From: Raillietiella orientalis
Taxonomy: Eukaryota
Direction of reading: 5' to 3'
DNA length: 64,000 bases
NCBI GenBank assembly: GCA_036172245.1
Contig: JAYWIR010000025.1
Location: 2,914,001-2,978,000, forward strand
Positions 16,738 through 31,100 of this stretch are shown one piece after another (the first letter of the stretch is position 1; the number at the start of each line of letters is the position of its first letter). The position numbers and the translations under genes were made by a program. The notes beneath the pieces are model-generated. The model searched no databases. It had not been told where the DNA came from and worked only from the letters and a program-made list of their open reading frames with translations.

Positions 16738-19543
16738 CCCTTTATATTATGCATTCTCCCTGTTTTCCGAAATACAAGCTGTTCTCACTAACCTAATCAT
16801 CTGATACGCCGCCATTTCGCGACCACTATTAAAACTATGCAGGGGGAGAATCATGGTATTTAAGGAAACAACTACGCTGAGCAAAAATATTCAAACATCC
16901 AAGAATGGCCCCAGGCGATGCCTTCGTTCTCCATCATAGTTAAGGGAAGGTCATCAACAAAAACCCTACAACCACGAGGATACTCCCAACTCCGCCCTTC
17001 TGTGACGCCACCTGAAATAAAATGGTCATGGGATGATCGTCTTTGACGAAGCATGTGGTTGACTATGCCGGTGGTTCGGTTGCTAGCAATGACTGGTCGT
17101 TGGCTTGGTTATGATGCAAAGAGGCGTGATATTAGGTTGATGTGAAGTCTTCACTCTCGGTGGTTGATTTGCCTTGGTTTCGAGTTGTCCTAGGATGGGA
17201 TGCCTGATCATGCGAGTAGACATGGATTATCAAGTAAGACTTATCCAATGATACGGATGCATTGTGTGTTTTATGTCCAAAATCAACTGGAGCTCTGCTA
17301 TTCATGGTGAGATTGCTATGAGGCAAGATATATTTTGTGTATCTATGTCTGAGAATTTGAAGAATTCGTCTGCCCCTGGTCGTTTGCAGGAGAATGATGG
17401 TGGTCATTAAAGAGCAGAATAATGAGCCTAGTTCTGGAGAGTATGATAAAAAGAGAATCCAGGGTATCACTGCTGAATAGTTTCATTCATGTTAATGGGA
17501 TTGCCTACACGAGGACACACTACATCTGCTGTTTGAGGGTTCTGTTGGCTGCTTGCCATTTCTATGTTTCAGCCTTGTAGCGCGGCAGAAGGGGTTGTTT
17601 TGTTTTGTTCTGTTATCTTTCCGATGATTTATCGATCCAAGCTGAGTTTACGTAGACCTGGATCCCCATCGGAAAAACGCGAATATCTGGAGCTGTGAAA
17701 CATGTTCAGGGCCCGCCACGCTTGCAGTCGAGAGCAGTCCCTTCTTTTAACTGTTCTATAAATCCGTGTTGTACCGCTTCGCTGCTGTGTTCTCCGGTAA
17801 CGCCTACTGCGTGATTTTTTGTGAATGGCAAAGGCAGACTGCATCACTGTTCTTGCAGCTGGTCAGTTAACATGCTTCTCAAGTCATGTATACTTGAAAA
17901 ATGTTGTTTTGTCTGTACCCATGCTCACGTACCGGTGGCGTTAGTCTGTTGGTGCTCTTAGGTTAGTGAGTGTGGCTCTCCATCATCAGTTCTGTCTCTT
18001 GGTCCGGTATGCGAGTCGAGAATGGTTTTGCAATGATTCAGGCTTTTGGATCTTTGGAGCAGTATGTGATGTTTTGTCATGGTGTGTTTTCCACTCTTTA
18101 TCCACTCTTTCTCAGTGCGTTCTGCTCAGTGGCGCTTTATTTTGATTCGTGCCATAGGTAGGAGGTGTGTGGATCCCTCTTACCATCCTCGAACTTACAT
18201 GGGTACGCTGTTTTCCGAGGAAGAAAACTGTTCGGCAACGAGGTTTGCCCATCCCATCCTCTAAAGTTTGCAGAGTGCTTGCCTGGAATTTTCTCACCTC
18301 TCTAGCAGTCGAGGTGTTTCGTCATGAGACCGAAATCGCGTCACAGCGAAGGAACTTGATGCTCCTGGATTCCCATCCGGCCCGTGCTAAAGACACCTGA
18401 GGATGCTCCCCAAGCAACGGACCGAAAATGCAAGCATCAACGTGAGCCTCTTTTTGAAGACAGACGAGCTTTTCATCGTAGACGGCTGTAGACTTTCCCT
18501 GCTTCTGGTGCATCGATTAAATAACATGGATTGATTCTTGGTGGTCAGGTCAGCGTTCGATTCTGGTAAGGAAAGAAAGGAAGCATCGAGAGTCTACCGC
18601 ACTTGCAGCCAGTGGGGCAGTGAACAGACAAAAAGCTGTTCTGCGATCTTTTTTGGAAACATCTGAAACATTCGGGTCTTCGGCTCCGTGGCCCTCGGTA
18701 AATCCGTCTTTGGAGCTGATATCTATTTATAGTTGATTCAAATCCTCCGGCTATGTGCCCTTTTACTAGTGCGGAGCGATGGCATCGTGACCAACAATGC
18801 ACTCTCAGAGGAGACTTGTCTTCTAGAACGGTTCTTCTAAACCGTGGATTACATTTCCGTGCTCCGGAGCCGGCTGGGATGGCCCACCGGAGTGAAAGCA
18901 GTGCGGGGATTTTCCTTTCTTTTCAAATCAGGAGTCGTTTTTCTAAGGGTCCCTTCGTGAAATTTGGGAACCCCCCCCACACACATACACAGTTGACCCG
19001 TCCTTGGCACGTGTCCCGTGCATGCGAATGTCGGTCAGCTCATCGCTTCCCTCTAACTTTGGGCTATTTCGCAGGGTTAGGAAAGCTCTTTTTTATATAT
19101 AGCTTCAGGCGTCGAAAGTACTACGGGTCACCGTCTGCGAAATCCTCCCGTCTGTAATACTGGAATACAAGCAAAAGCTGCAGGTCTGGGATCACCTCTG
19201 GACGCCGTCGAGCTGCAGCAGAAACCCTCCGAGCGTTGTTCGTGAGCAGGACAGACGCCCTTTCGACTAGCCTCTCTGGTGTTTCTTCTCGCAGGACGTG
19301 AAGCCTGACACTACGCGCGAACCGTTTCTAAAGTGTTGTCCTTGGGTCCTGCCTACCCTCCTCCTTTCGAAGTCTCCTCGAATCCACAATCCAAGGCAAT
19401 GCTCGAATTTTTTCTTTCAGCTCTTCAGCATCACAGTTCCCTTTTCTCGGGATTCTTGCTCATGGACGGCCTGCTTCCGAAACGCATTTGAAATTTTCCT
19501 GGAAGGCTGTTTTCCCACGATCGGGGAACTTTCCCTTTCCCAC

Positions 19544-20710
19544 AGGAAGAGGTTGCTGGACTGTGAACCGAAACAGACAAATCCACCAAACAGCACGCGG
19601 GTAACTCGCACGCGAAAAGAATTGCGTGATCACCGTCGCTTAGGAAACAGCGGGGTGGTGGTGAGCCAAAGCCAAACGAGAACATTCCCAACTCAGCCCT
19701 GAGGGTCAGGCAGAGGTGACTGCTGGTGACGCTAGAATTAAAAAAAGAAAAGAAACAACTGTGCCAAATGTGAGAATTCCACACAAATGCGTAACTGCTG
19801 ACCACGGGAGGATAGTGAGCGTTTCTGGCCAGGTTATGATCATCCCCTTTTTTAAAAAAACAACAGTTGACAACAACCGTAAATCCATTTTTTTTCCCAC
19901 TATGAATTGTTATTTTTTTGACAACAGTGGGTGTGTTTATATCCTGGCAAAAACAATCTTCTTCCTTCTGTGCATGCACATCACAATGGCGGCGTCCTGG
20001 GGGCTACTGGTATTTCTCTCGTTTGATTCCAAGGACTCTCAATTTTTGTACTGAAGCCTATACCGTGGTATTTTCCATCTTCATTAAAGGCTGTAGTAAT
20101 CAAGATCTAAAATGAAGGCGGTGTACTCCGGCAGCGCTGCAGCTATTTCCGAGGACCAGTAAGAGCATCGGTGGGTCAACCCAGCAAGCCCCCTTAACGG
20201 CATTTGAACCTAAGGATCTCCACTCTTTCCGAAGAGGTGTCCTTCATACAATGAAACTTTTTTGGAGAAGAACGGTGGAGAAATTTCATCGCTTCTGCTG
20301 CAAAATCCTGGCAATCCCTGTAGGAAAACACAGAAGTTCACTCCTGCCTTCATCAGGGAAAGAGTGCACGATCGTTTCATCCCTGCGCGTGCCTTCCGGA
20401 AGTGAAATGAAATCAGGAGCAGGGAAATGGAACATGACGTCCGTGGGATCGCTACAACTCAGAAGAAAAGATACGAGTAAACTTGTAGAAGATGAAGACG
20501 GTGAGAACAACCCACGGAAACGCGCCGGCTTTGTCGGGTCCCCAGTCGGACAGCCAGCAGCCAGATTTTCATTTCGCTCTTCCCGCTAGCCAAGATGGGT
20601 TTCCATCGCAACCATACTGTGATCACGCAATTCTTTTCGCGTGCGAATTACCCACATGCTGTTTGGTGTATTTTTTTTTATTTCGGTTCGCAGTTCAGCA
20701 ACCTCTTCCT
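19544..20710. mobile_element. MITE-like non-autonomous DNA transposon with ~90 bp terminal inverted repeats (19544-19633 and 20619-20710)
   Basis: AGGAAGAGGTTGCTG...TCGCACGCGAAAAGAATTGCGTGATCAC is mirrored on the right. The interior has no credible ORF. The TSD is unclear (possibly a mutated TA). Confidence 0.6.
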
Positions 20711-21819
20711 ATTGAAGTTCCAAGATACCCACAAGGATATTAGACAGGCGCTCTTATTGAAACGCGATTCATTAGACACAAGACTTTCAGGAAAAGAAGG
20801 AAGAAATGGTGTGTACACCTTAAGAGGTGAGAACATTTTTGGAGGTCCTAAGATGCCCTCCTGCATACTCGTGGGTAGCGAGAGATCAACACGAATCTTT
20901 GCAGTCCATGAATACCTTTCAACACCACCGAACTCGACCTACGGGAAGACAGGAGCTCGAACTGTACAGGAAAACTGCAACCAGTGCACACACTCAGGGA
21001 TGCGATGAACTGGAGGAGGTTGCTTGTGTGACAAATTCCAGAATCCGTGGCAAAATCTTCTTATGGCATTCCTTCTTGATGGGAACATGCGGCATGGATG
21101 AAGAGACTGTGCTTCCATTAGAGATGCTAAAACTGAGACCAGATGGGGAACACACCATTTATGAAAACGCAGAACGGTCAGTGAATAGAGCACTCGAAGT
21201 TTCATCCCAATTGGGAATTTCAATCTTGAATTCTCCATCTTTTCAGCAGCAGTAACTCGAGAGAAAGTGCATGCGCTGGGCTCAGTCTCGCAAAAAAATG
21301 GATCATAAATTTCTGATTTCTTAGACCAGAGAGAAAAGCTCATTACATCTCTGCAAAGGCTGATATTCTGTCCCCGTTTTTTGTTCTTAAAACAAGTGAA
21401 AACAACAAAACAAAGCAAAGAGCAAACAAACAATACGAGGCAGGAATGCCGCCGACGATGTGAAATCGCGTTGCTGTCGAAGGTTCAGTAGAAGGTTCTA
21501 GGCTTTAGTGATCGATCCGCAGATTGTTTTCAAGAAGGCTTACTTCCGCCGTTCTTCCCACAAATCTTATATGATTCTGGAAGTCTGTAAATTCATGACA
21601 ATCCATGCCTCGACCTTGGTAAAGAGAAGATCGATAGAAATCTTTATCCGAAATTGGTTCCAGCGTTCCGGCTCCTCTGTAGATTTCTCAACGCTGAACT
21701 TCTTCCTCAGTCTCCAGAATACTTAGGCGCGTTGAGGAAGCTGTTCGAGATAATCCAGGCAATTCCTTCTCCCCCACAAGGACCAACCTCTCTCAAATAA
21801 GAGGCGATTCTGTTTTCGG

Positions 21820-22140
21820 TAAGTAGAGACCCTTGCAGTGTCCATGGCTACGGAGCTGCTTTCTCTAATTCTGAGTGTGTAATCCATGGACAGCCAAGGA
21901 TCATGAAACTTATCCCTATGGTCCAATCTTCCAGTCTGAGTACACCAAGCCCAGAGAAACCAAAAGGAAGTCGCTCGCACGAACGCAATGGAATGCTGCG
22001 CTCCTTGTCGGAAGTGGAGGATCTTTTGAAGTCCATCAACGCTTCCTGAACTCACGTTTAGCCTGCATCCTTGCGCAATGCAAGAAGTAATAGCATCCCC
22101 GAACTGACTCGTGGCGGGGAAGTGCAGGGTTCCCAGTTCC
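21820..22140 (+). mobile_element. Possible LTR-retrotransposon integrase core remnant
   Basis: YGAAFSNSEC (DNG..F.S-like), HETYPYGP (PY.PQ-like) and ASPN*LVAGKCRVP (SP..L..G..R.P-like) occur in the right order across frames. Confidence 0.3.
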
Positions 22141-25100
22141 GTACTCATCCATTTCGCCCATCCTCTGAGCCTTCTGATGCCAGGCACCACTATCGATCAG
22201 AGAAGATCATGCTAATAAATGCCAGTTTATGTCAACAGTCGAGCGATCGATCACTCTGCAGCATGTGCTGCCAGGAGAGGGAGAAACCACACATCTCGAC
22301 AGCGGTGCGCGTGCGAGCACTGGTGGACCTGCCGCAGCGTCGGGTTGGAAGAAAGAGGAAGGAGCGAAAGTGCAGGCGATTCGGAGCGCCCGAACCGGCG
22401 GGCTATGTCCGGTTCTCGAAGCGGCGTCCGATTTTGCGGCCTTTCCGCCTCCCACGCTTGTCTGGATTTGATCCCACCCTCGTGCATCGGTCACCTCCAT
22501 GTGCTCATTCTGGGCTCACTCCTCTCGGTAAAGAAAATCGCTCGATTCGATGGTCCGCCGGCATAGGTGAAACACCAGATGCAATAGCGGAGAGCAACAC
22601 GGAAGAAGGGGGGGATGAGAGTTGGGCCGAAAGGCGGGGCTTCTGTCCCTTGGTTTGATCCATCTCTTCCTCATCAACCAGAAGCAGCAGACAGTCGAGC
22701 CTTTTGCGGTGACTGATCGCCGGCGCGTGCCACGTTACCTGGAGGCTGAGGATGCGGATCTATATCGTAGACTGCGTAGCTGCCAGACGCCCGATCCGGA
22801 ATGCGCCGAGAGCCCGGTGCTTGGTGGCATTGCATTCTGTGAACTCCCGGTGCTTCCCGTTCGAGGGAACACGTGCTCAGGTCATGATGGTAAGGAACCT
22901 TCGTCCCTAAAAATGAAAAGAGAAATCCATCGGGAGATGGGGGGGGGAGGGGAAACGATTCTCGGGAAGAGCGGAAATGCAGTTCCGTGTTCTTCTGAGT
23001 CACCAATCCATGTGGAGTGTTCACCAGTCAAAGATACGGTTTCTGACCTTGGAAGTTCAGTTTCGAGACCTTATGGATTCGCCTCCCTGCTTATAGAGAG
23101 TGAGGAAGACACGGGCAAAGAACAGAATACGCTCCAGAATGCTTGCAAGGACATGGCGAATGACAGTCCGGACAGTCTTACCGGCTCCAATCGAGACCTC
23201 GGAGGACTGATACCAACCGCGTATCGGACATGGCATCCCCGCGAATAAACGACGGAGAGGTGAGCCACACAGACAGTTTCTCTCTCTCCGCATCCGCCTA
23301 GATGCTGCTATGATGAACTGATGGGAAATACTGTGGATATGACAAACGGCGTGAGAACAGATGACCGCTGGAATTAAGAGCTGTAGAGGAATTCGCAATC
23401 TGACCACGGATCGCGGTTCTCTTGGACAAACGAAGGAAAGATTAAAGTCCCCATGGACAGAGGATTTCATCACGTCTATAAACGTCATGTCTTCCAGTAA
23501 ATGGATTGGAGAGATTGGTGTCCATCGTTTCATCTGACATCTTCGCATGTCATCATCAATCCAACAGTCTGAATGAAAATGACATCGGGATGTTCCCTAC
23601 CCATTCTTTTTACTGATACTGTCCCAGAAGTGTCGCTAGCTTTGGGAATAAAGAGGCGAGCCTATGGCAAGCGTTATGCTCTGAAGTTCGCTTTCAGCGC
23701 TTGCAGAGACGTGTTGAGTCCGGAAGTGAGGATTCATCTACAGTCAGGTCGAATCGATCTTTTCTCTGAAGCAAGGAACCTCCTCCCAAACGAACGAACT
23801 AAGACGAATTCGATTTTCGTTTCGAAAGACTGGTTGCTTTCACAGCGTGTGGTTGAATCACAGGTGAACAGGAAATCCTTGAGGGAGGATCACAAAACTC
23901 CCCAGCAGCTACGGAGAAACTTCCCGCAAGAGAGTGCAACACGATGTCAAACCTGTTCCGTAGTATGAAACCATCCTTTCGATCCGAGAAACCACTCTGA
24001 TGAAAGAGGATCTGCTGCAGCATGAGGCTGGAGGAGTCAAGGATGAGTGAAGGCAGCAGGTTCACTTTCTGCACAACCACCTTTATGGAAAGAGATATGG
24101 ATCTTCCGTAACTTGACGAAAGATCCAGTTGATGCATTTTCCTGATGCAGATGCTGAACAGGCGTGCTTTCTTTGTGGGTCCCTAAACCCTTTGGGGGAC
24201 TGACAAGCCCTTCGCTCTTGAATGCTAACTCAATAATAGCAACGATTCTTATTCGCTTCCCGAAACTTCTGAATTTGTAAACACACACGCATTCCTTATT
24301 TGCAGAATCACACAATGCATGAATTCGGTTCATAAATATTACATGTTTCGATGAATGCATTCCTTCTGCTTTAAAAAATTGCCATTTGTAGAAGTCGGAA
24401 CAGCTTCTAAAACCGTAAAGCTTCCCACGTGGCGAAGAGTTATGGAGTGACTTGCAACGACTTTGTTCACAGGGTGTGCAAAGATCAATTCTGTTTGCCA
24501 TCAGGGAAAACAAATAAGGGAAACTAGGAAACTAAAATCCATAAAAATGGGATTGACCAAGCGCATTAAAAAGGAAAGGAAAAAAAAATAAAAAAAACAG
24601 GAGGAATCGCCTTCAAGTTGAAAAAATATGCCTGTTTCCCAACATGATATTACAATTCAATAAAGGGAGTTTCAAAGATCCAAGACTATGTTAATCGTTG
24701 AAGAGATGCGGGCAAGGGGGAGGATTCGTGCGAAGCAGCAGAGCAAATCTCTTCTGTACGAGTGCGGCTGAACACTTCCGCGTTTTGATGAGTGGGAGGT
24801 CCGCCCGGCACACAGCAAACCTCTGATTACCACTGCCAGGGACCATCAAGAAATTCTGGCTGTCTCTGAGGCGGATTTCACCTTCCCTTCCTCCAAGTGC
24901 ATCGCTCTGTCGCGAACCAAAGGTAGGAATCGGAACATACACCGGAGATGTCGCTCACATCGGTCGCTTCCAGGCAGCCGATGTCAGTGCATTTATGACC
25001 CGAATGTCTCTCGACTGCGAATACTCACTGCCGACAGCGAATCTGGCCCCTGCTTTTCGCACATGGATTCACCTTTCGGCCCGCATATTCTGGGAAAACT

Positions 25101-28100
25101 GAGAGATACCATGTAGGAGATACGCGCTCGAGATGGCTAATATACACTCTCTAGCATAGGAATCTGGGGATCTCTTTGAATCTTTGTTCAAATCGAAGGA
25201 AGTGCACAGGCAAGGACTTGGTGAGGCAGATCGTCGAAAGAGTTTTCGGGTTCAAGAAGTCTAAGAGTATTGTTGATGATGCTGACAGAGACTCAAGTGA
25301 CTGGGAATGCTGTCTGATATTTCCTTGCAATGACGGGAGGTGTTAGTACGTGATCTTGTACAGCTTTCAGGGGGTCCCGAATCAACATTTTCTGCCTGCT
25401 GTGCGAAGAAATCCACATATTCGTAGAATAAGCTCTTCGTAATCATGCTGCTGCTCACTGAAATTATAATTTCTCGTGTCCTTGTTCTTAACTGTTGGTA
25501 GTGTACCCCTTCTAGGATGGATGAACGCAGCGGAGCACGACCGGTGTGATGAAGTGTGAAGCAGTGTCTTCTCGCAGACTCTGGAAGTCTCTGACATCCA
25601 TTTTCTGATGGTACTCAAACGAGCTAAACAGAAAATCACCATGGATCTGCGCGCAATCCAGCATAAGAAAGCTTGACCTTTGCCCATGGAAAATCTCTGG
25701 ACGGAACAAGGAAGGACCTCGCCCTGAGCGAGACACAGCGCCGTGTATCGGCTCATTCTTTGTTCAGAGGCGAGTCGAGAAGACGCCTCTGATTAGAGGT
25801 TTTTGGCAGAACTTAAATTCGACGCCTGAGCTGGCAGCTCCCACCAGGGACGGCTGTGACCAGGAACCTCAGGAGCAGCAAGCGCAGAGTGGTATGAGTT
25901 CCTCGACTACGTCCTTGGAATGCTACTGCTGCATCTGGAACCGGAAAATGGCCACGAAGAACCTGATCATTGGATTCGCAGCCCGGATCAAAGAAGAGAC
26001 TCAAGAAACGTGGGAACCGGTGGAAAACTGATTTTTCAGCACGGCCTGGTCTCAAAAGCGGATTCGATCAGACGGGGAAGCAGCAGCGATGGACATCGCA
26101 CCTGCCCACGAATCTTCTGTCGATGAACTAGAGGAGGCAAGATGGATGAAGGAGGGCACGGTTGACTCTTCACTATGCTGATGCAGGAGAGCACTGGCGG
26201 TCCATTGGAGCGATCGTCGAGTCCTTAGGAAGGTGGAATTCGGGAACGGACGAAGTATCAAGGGAACTGAAGACCCTTTATCAACAGTTGCAGCACGTCA
26301 GGGAGGATATAATGTACTCCAGCGTGCTTTACTCCACAGGCGCCTATTGATGCACATGTGGGACCGCCGCTTAAGGCAAAAGAGCCCTCCCAAGGCTACA
26401 GCTTCAAGTGGAAGAGGAAACGGCAAGGACAGCCAGACAGAGGGTCAGTCAAGTATCTGTTATTATGAGTCTGTCTTCTTCTGATTATTGGTCCTGCCCC
26501 TGGCACGACATTTGCATACCGTACAAGCGAATGAAATGTCATAGGTTCTGGAAGCTCAGACATCGCGGGATAGGATGACGTTTGCCGGCGAAAGTGACAC
26601 GGAAGTGCTTGGAATTGGGATGATTTCATCGCCTTTCGTGCTAAGAGCATCCTCTTCATCTTTCCTGGAAAACCTTCTGAGGGCCGCGAGATTGTTTGGT
26701 TACCACAGAGAATTCAGTCTCCTGGGAGCTGCAATCGGAGGTTCGGGGTGTTTTGTAAGTCCGAAAGCCATCCGTGACACCGCTCCACGCCGCGAGGCGG
26801 CGAAGAGGTGGCGTGCAGCTCTGCTTGGGTGGGGGTTGGGGCTGAACGGATGGACGCGGGGGTGCAGAGTGTTTGCTCTGGGCGACCCGGCCCGATCCGA
26901 GGTGACCTTGTTGGTCTGTGGTGTCTCTCTCAGTCACAATGCCTGTGTGTCGGTATTCTTCTTCTTCCGACAGCTCCTCACTGCGTCGCATAAACCCACT
27001 CTCGGTTCCTTCCAGGCTTTCTCCGGTTAGCGAGCAAAGTCTGTAGCCGACGCGAAGGCGGCCCTTTTCCAAGGGCCGCCTTCTCGCCTCGAGCAGACCT
27101 CATGCAGCCGCAGCCGTGCTCCCTAGGACGCCCGTTTTCCAAAAGTGTTCGGACATCCAATCGTCCTCCCTGTGGTACAGAAGACTTGATGTCTTCCGAA
27201 AGTACACGGAGGCGGGCGAAAACGGGTCTGGGCAGAAGAATTGCCGCGCTCGTGGGTGGGGACGGCACTTCTAGATGAGAACGGGTGATCGAGAAAACAA
27301 CCCTTAATGCTTCCGGGTTCGTTCGTTTCGATACCCCAGTTCCATCATGCGATTCAAACCGGGACTCTCTGCCTTGCTGATTCGAGCAGCAAATGGACCA
27401 CTGCATGCTGCTCGCGCGAACTGGCCAACCGCCGCCTGGAAGGCAGTGCTGCTTCCCGCCCGGTCACCGTCGGGCATCACTGCAGCGGCAGTGTGTTGCC
27501 CCGCTCCAGGGCTCCCAAACGTCAGAGGGCGCACCCTCAGGAAATCAATGCCGCTGACTTCAACTGCCTCTCTCCGGTGGGTGGCTTCTGTGATTGCGAC
27601 TAGTATAGTCCCGGTCAGTAGCTCGTGGTCCTGCAAGTCACGTCAAGGAAGAGCATTGATCTCTTGAATGAGTGCGAAGTACTTTGGTCCAGAACTTGCG
27701 ACGAGGAACAGAGCTGCTGAAGAATGCTGCAGATACCAGAGCTTTCAGGAACGAGTGCGAGAAAGGGGTTCTCTTCCTCCTCTATCCCCTTTTCCCCTCG
27801 ACTAGTGGCGAAGGACTGGTCCGCAGGGGTGCTCAACGGCACGGCTGCTTCACGCCGAGGTGAGTATGGTTGGGCGGGTTCGAAACCTCAGTCTCCACCG
27901 CGACACCATGAGTCTTCTCCGCCCGCTGCGCCAACTTCGCTTCCTGCGCTCCCTGCTCTTAAAGTTTGTTGGTCTTCCGGGGTGCTCCGGCCAAAGTTGC
28001 AGCACTCGTTTCGCTTGCGATCTGCTGACAGACGGCAGAGCAGGGGCGGATGAGAGACAGGAAGCAACCGTACAAGTCTCCGCCCCGGAGGCCATTCTAG

Positions 28101-28489
28101 TCGGTGTCCCGAGCAGACCTGCTGTGGGTTCCTGGCAGCGCCATCGTCTGGCACGATTCTCGAAATTTCCAGTTCCCTCAGAGCATCGCCGTCCTGAAGC
28201 CCCCGGGGTCGCAACGGACTGCTGTCACGGCACGGATCGGTGCCGGCTTTGAGCAGGTCGCTGCTTTCGTGGCCAGGGCGCGCGCGCTCGCCAAGATCTC
28301 GAGCCCTTCGGCAGCCCGCGTGCTTTGAGCTGCCCGTGCACAGAATGAAAAATGCGCTCTTTGCGTGCTGACCGTCTAACAGGAATTCTGGGGGGCAGGA
28401 AGACCACCTTTCTCTGAGGGAGAAGGCGCACTCGTGATGGCACAGAATCGAGGGCTTGACTAGAAATCCAGATGCCGAAATCTCGAAAG

Positions 28490-29350
28490 ATCATGAAAAA
28501 AAAAAAATTAATCGGATCATGAGTCTGTTTTTTACAACTTAAAGTATATATTTCCATCTTGATTAATATATATCATCAAGATTATAAAAAAACAAGCACG
28601 TATCCCTATTATGTATATTAATATGCATATTCATATATAGATTAATATGCACATTTAACATACATATTTACTGATATTCAGTCATCCAGATATCGACGTA
28701 ATTAATAAACTATATTAATATATATTGATAATCATAGAAATATATCTTTCTTATATATATAAAGATTAATGCATCTATATTTCTTAATGCTTATTATACA
28801 TACTTATACATAGATCATCATACAAGTTTATTTCAACATGCACATTTATTCATATAATTAATAATATGTGGCAATATATGATTTATCTATATCTATCTAT
28901 ATCAAGAATCATGAAAATACATGCTTATTATACATTAAATGAATCTATAAATGTCGAATTATAAACATGCATGTTGATCAAACGACCGAAATCCCGGAAA
29001 TGGAATTCATCATTTACCGAGAAAGCGTCATTTAAGGAGTGTTGGAAACATCAGTAAAATGATATACGAAATTTCTTCTTTTTTTCTTTTTTCATTTTTT
29101 TGCTTTTTTATTTTCTCCCATTATTTTTAACTGTCGCCGCTATACTTATTTCATTTTTCACCATTCGATCTTTATATATTCATTTAATATATAATAAACA
29201 TATATTTTCATGATTCTTGATATATGTATATATATAAATCATGTATTGATACTTGTTATTAATTATATGAATAAGTGTGTATGTTGAAATGAATCTGCAT
29301 AATAACCTACGTATAAATACATACATTAATGTATGTAATAAACATGCATC
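28490..29350. repeat. Very AT-rich low-complexity tract (degenerate TA/TATA/CATA repeats)
   Basis: Dense ATATAT, TATTAAT and ATGCAT words, with fairly sharp boundaries against GC-richer flanks. Confidence 0.75.
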
Positions 29351-31100
29351 ATAGTTATTTTTCACGTTCTTTCGAGATTTCGGCGTTCGGGATGTCGATG
29401 GACACCTCGGTTCCGGGCATTTTGCGGCATCCATCCTCTTCTGTGCTTCCTCGGGAAGTCCTTCCCGCACGTGTTTCCCAGTGATTCGCGGACACGCCGC
29501 TAGCTTCGAACGGAAAGAACCGTCCCTGTCCAAAGCCAAATTGCGAGGTCTGCAAGGGAATAGCCGATGGGCATTTCAGTGCCTTCCGAAGATCAAGAAA
29601 GGCATCCGATTTGTTGAAAGCTCTCTGGCGCAAGATAAATTCTTCGTCTTTTGGGAACAATGCACCTTTTAAGAAAATCCATCTCCAAAAAATCTCTCCT
29701 AAGAAAATTTTCCCCTGGGGTTTTTGGAAAGAGTGTTACTCTGATTCATGATATAACACAAGGAACCCGATGTAACCCTTTCCTTCTCTGGGAAATGCGA
29801 GTATTTCCGCGTTTAACGGATCCATACGCAGGCTCTCCATGAAGATGAGTTCTGGCAGAGCGATAGCACTGATGAGAAGACGTCGTGCGACTGGACCACC
29901 CTCAGTTGCGAAATGATCCTAATGCAAACTGAGACCTGGTGAGGGAATCGTTTACTTTCCTCACTCTGGAGGAATTGCATTCGTGATCGCAATATGAAAA
30001 CCTCGAAGCCAGGTAAGGTTTACTTTCCTCTCTTCCGTTTATATCCTTACAGACCCCATAATCAGTTCGGACCTATCATCTGGATCCACTTCACCCTTTG
30101 ATACCGGAGTCCACACGCCGACCCCTACCAACTAATCGAATGGCACGGAAAGGCCGAAGAAGAACCGAAGACTTTATAAGAAACTCCTTCTTCAAGAAGA
30201 ATGAGGAGGGAAGATTCTGTAAGATCAGAAAAGCTTTTCTAAAGACGTATGGGTGGTCCAACGCCACACGCGGTTGCTTTCGATCGGTACAGCTCCTGCA
30301 AAAAGGACCGAAAAGCGTCTCCGAGGTCCCTTTGTTTTCGGACTTTCCGTCGGAACGTGCAAAGATGCCTTCGAGCCTAGAAACTTCCATCCAGGCAGGT
30401 TCTGAAAAGCTGGAGATGTTGCCAGAATCTAAGAGGTAAGTTGGAGACTTTTTTTTTTTTTCCTGTGAGCATCCGTGCGGACTGCTGACGAAAACGGCGG
30501 ACGAGGGTCCCTCGCCGCCTCCGCAGCCGGCATCGAAGGCCGGCTCCCCACTCCTCCATATTCCGATGATGAGCACTCGTCGCGATATCCCCCGGGGGTA
30601 CGATGGTCGAAGGTGGAGCAGATGAGCGTCCTTAGGGGTCGAGCAGAGGACGTCAGGAGCTAGACGGTGCGTGTTTCATCGCGAAGCACCCCCGCGCTCC
30701 TTCAGCATAGGACCTCTGCGGAGGCGGATCTCTCCGGGATGAAAGGTGTTGATCAGCAGTAGGGAATTATTCAGTCTCCGGCTCGCCAACCGCCTTCCCC
30801 TCCCCGATGCGGGGGACACCGCCAGCATGCGGGCGCGGGCTCCAAGCATTCGGGCGCCGCTATTCGGAACCCTTGAAAAGCTTGACCGGCATCCCACGCG
30901 AGTGGTCAACAGTAGCAGCGCGGTGAGCACCTGCTCTGCTCTGGAGGGGAAGTTTATCCTTGGGGGAGGAAGGTACACTGACGCTGGTCACAACCACCTT
31001 CCTCGAATTCTGGAAGCACGAGCTCTGCACCTCCTCAAGGGAATCCCGGAGTGTGTTTGTGCTTTTTTTTCTCTGGGGAGTGGGATGAATTTTGCGTTGA

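Noticed and set aside
17990..18400. Possible Penelope GIY-YIG endonuclease remnant on the minus strand
   Set aside because: Only a loose NKAPLSRTH resemblance. The GIY/YIG motifs are not visible.
20880..21200. Possible hAT transposase remnant (TRWGT, YENAER)
   Set aside because: One short motif across a frameshift is insufficient.
25460..25560. GPCR TM4-like peptide VGSVPLLGW
   Set aside because: It is flanked by stops and no other GPCR motifs were recognised.
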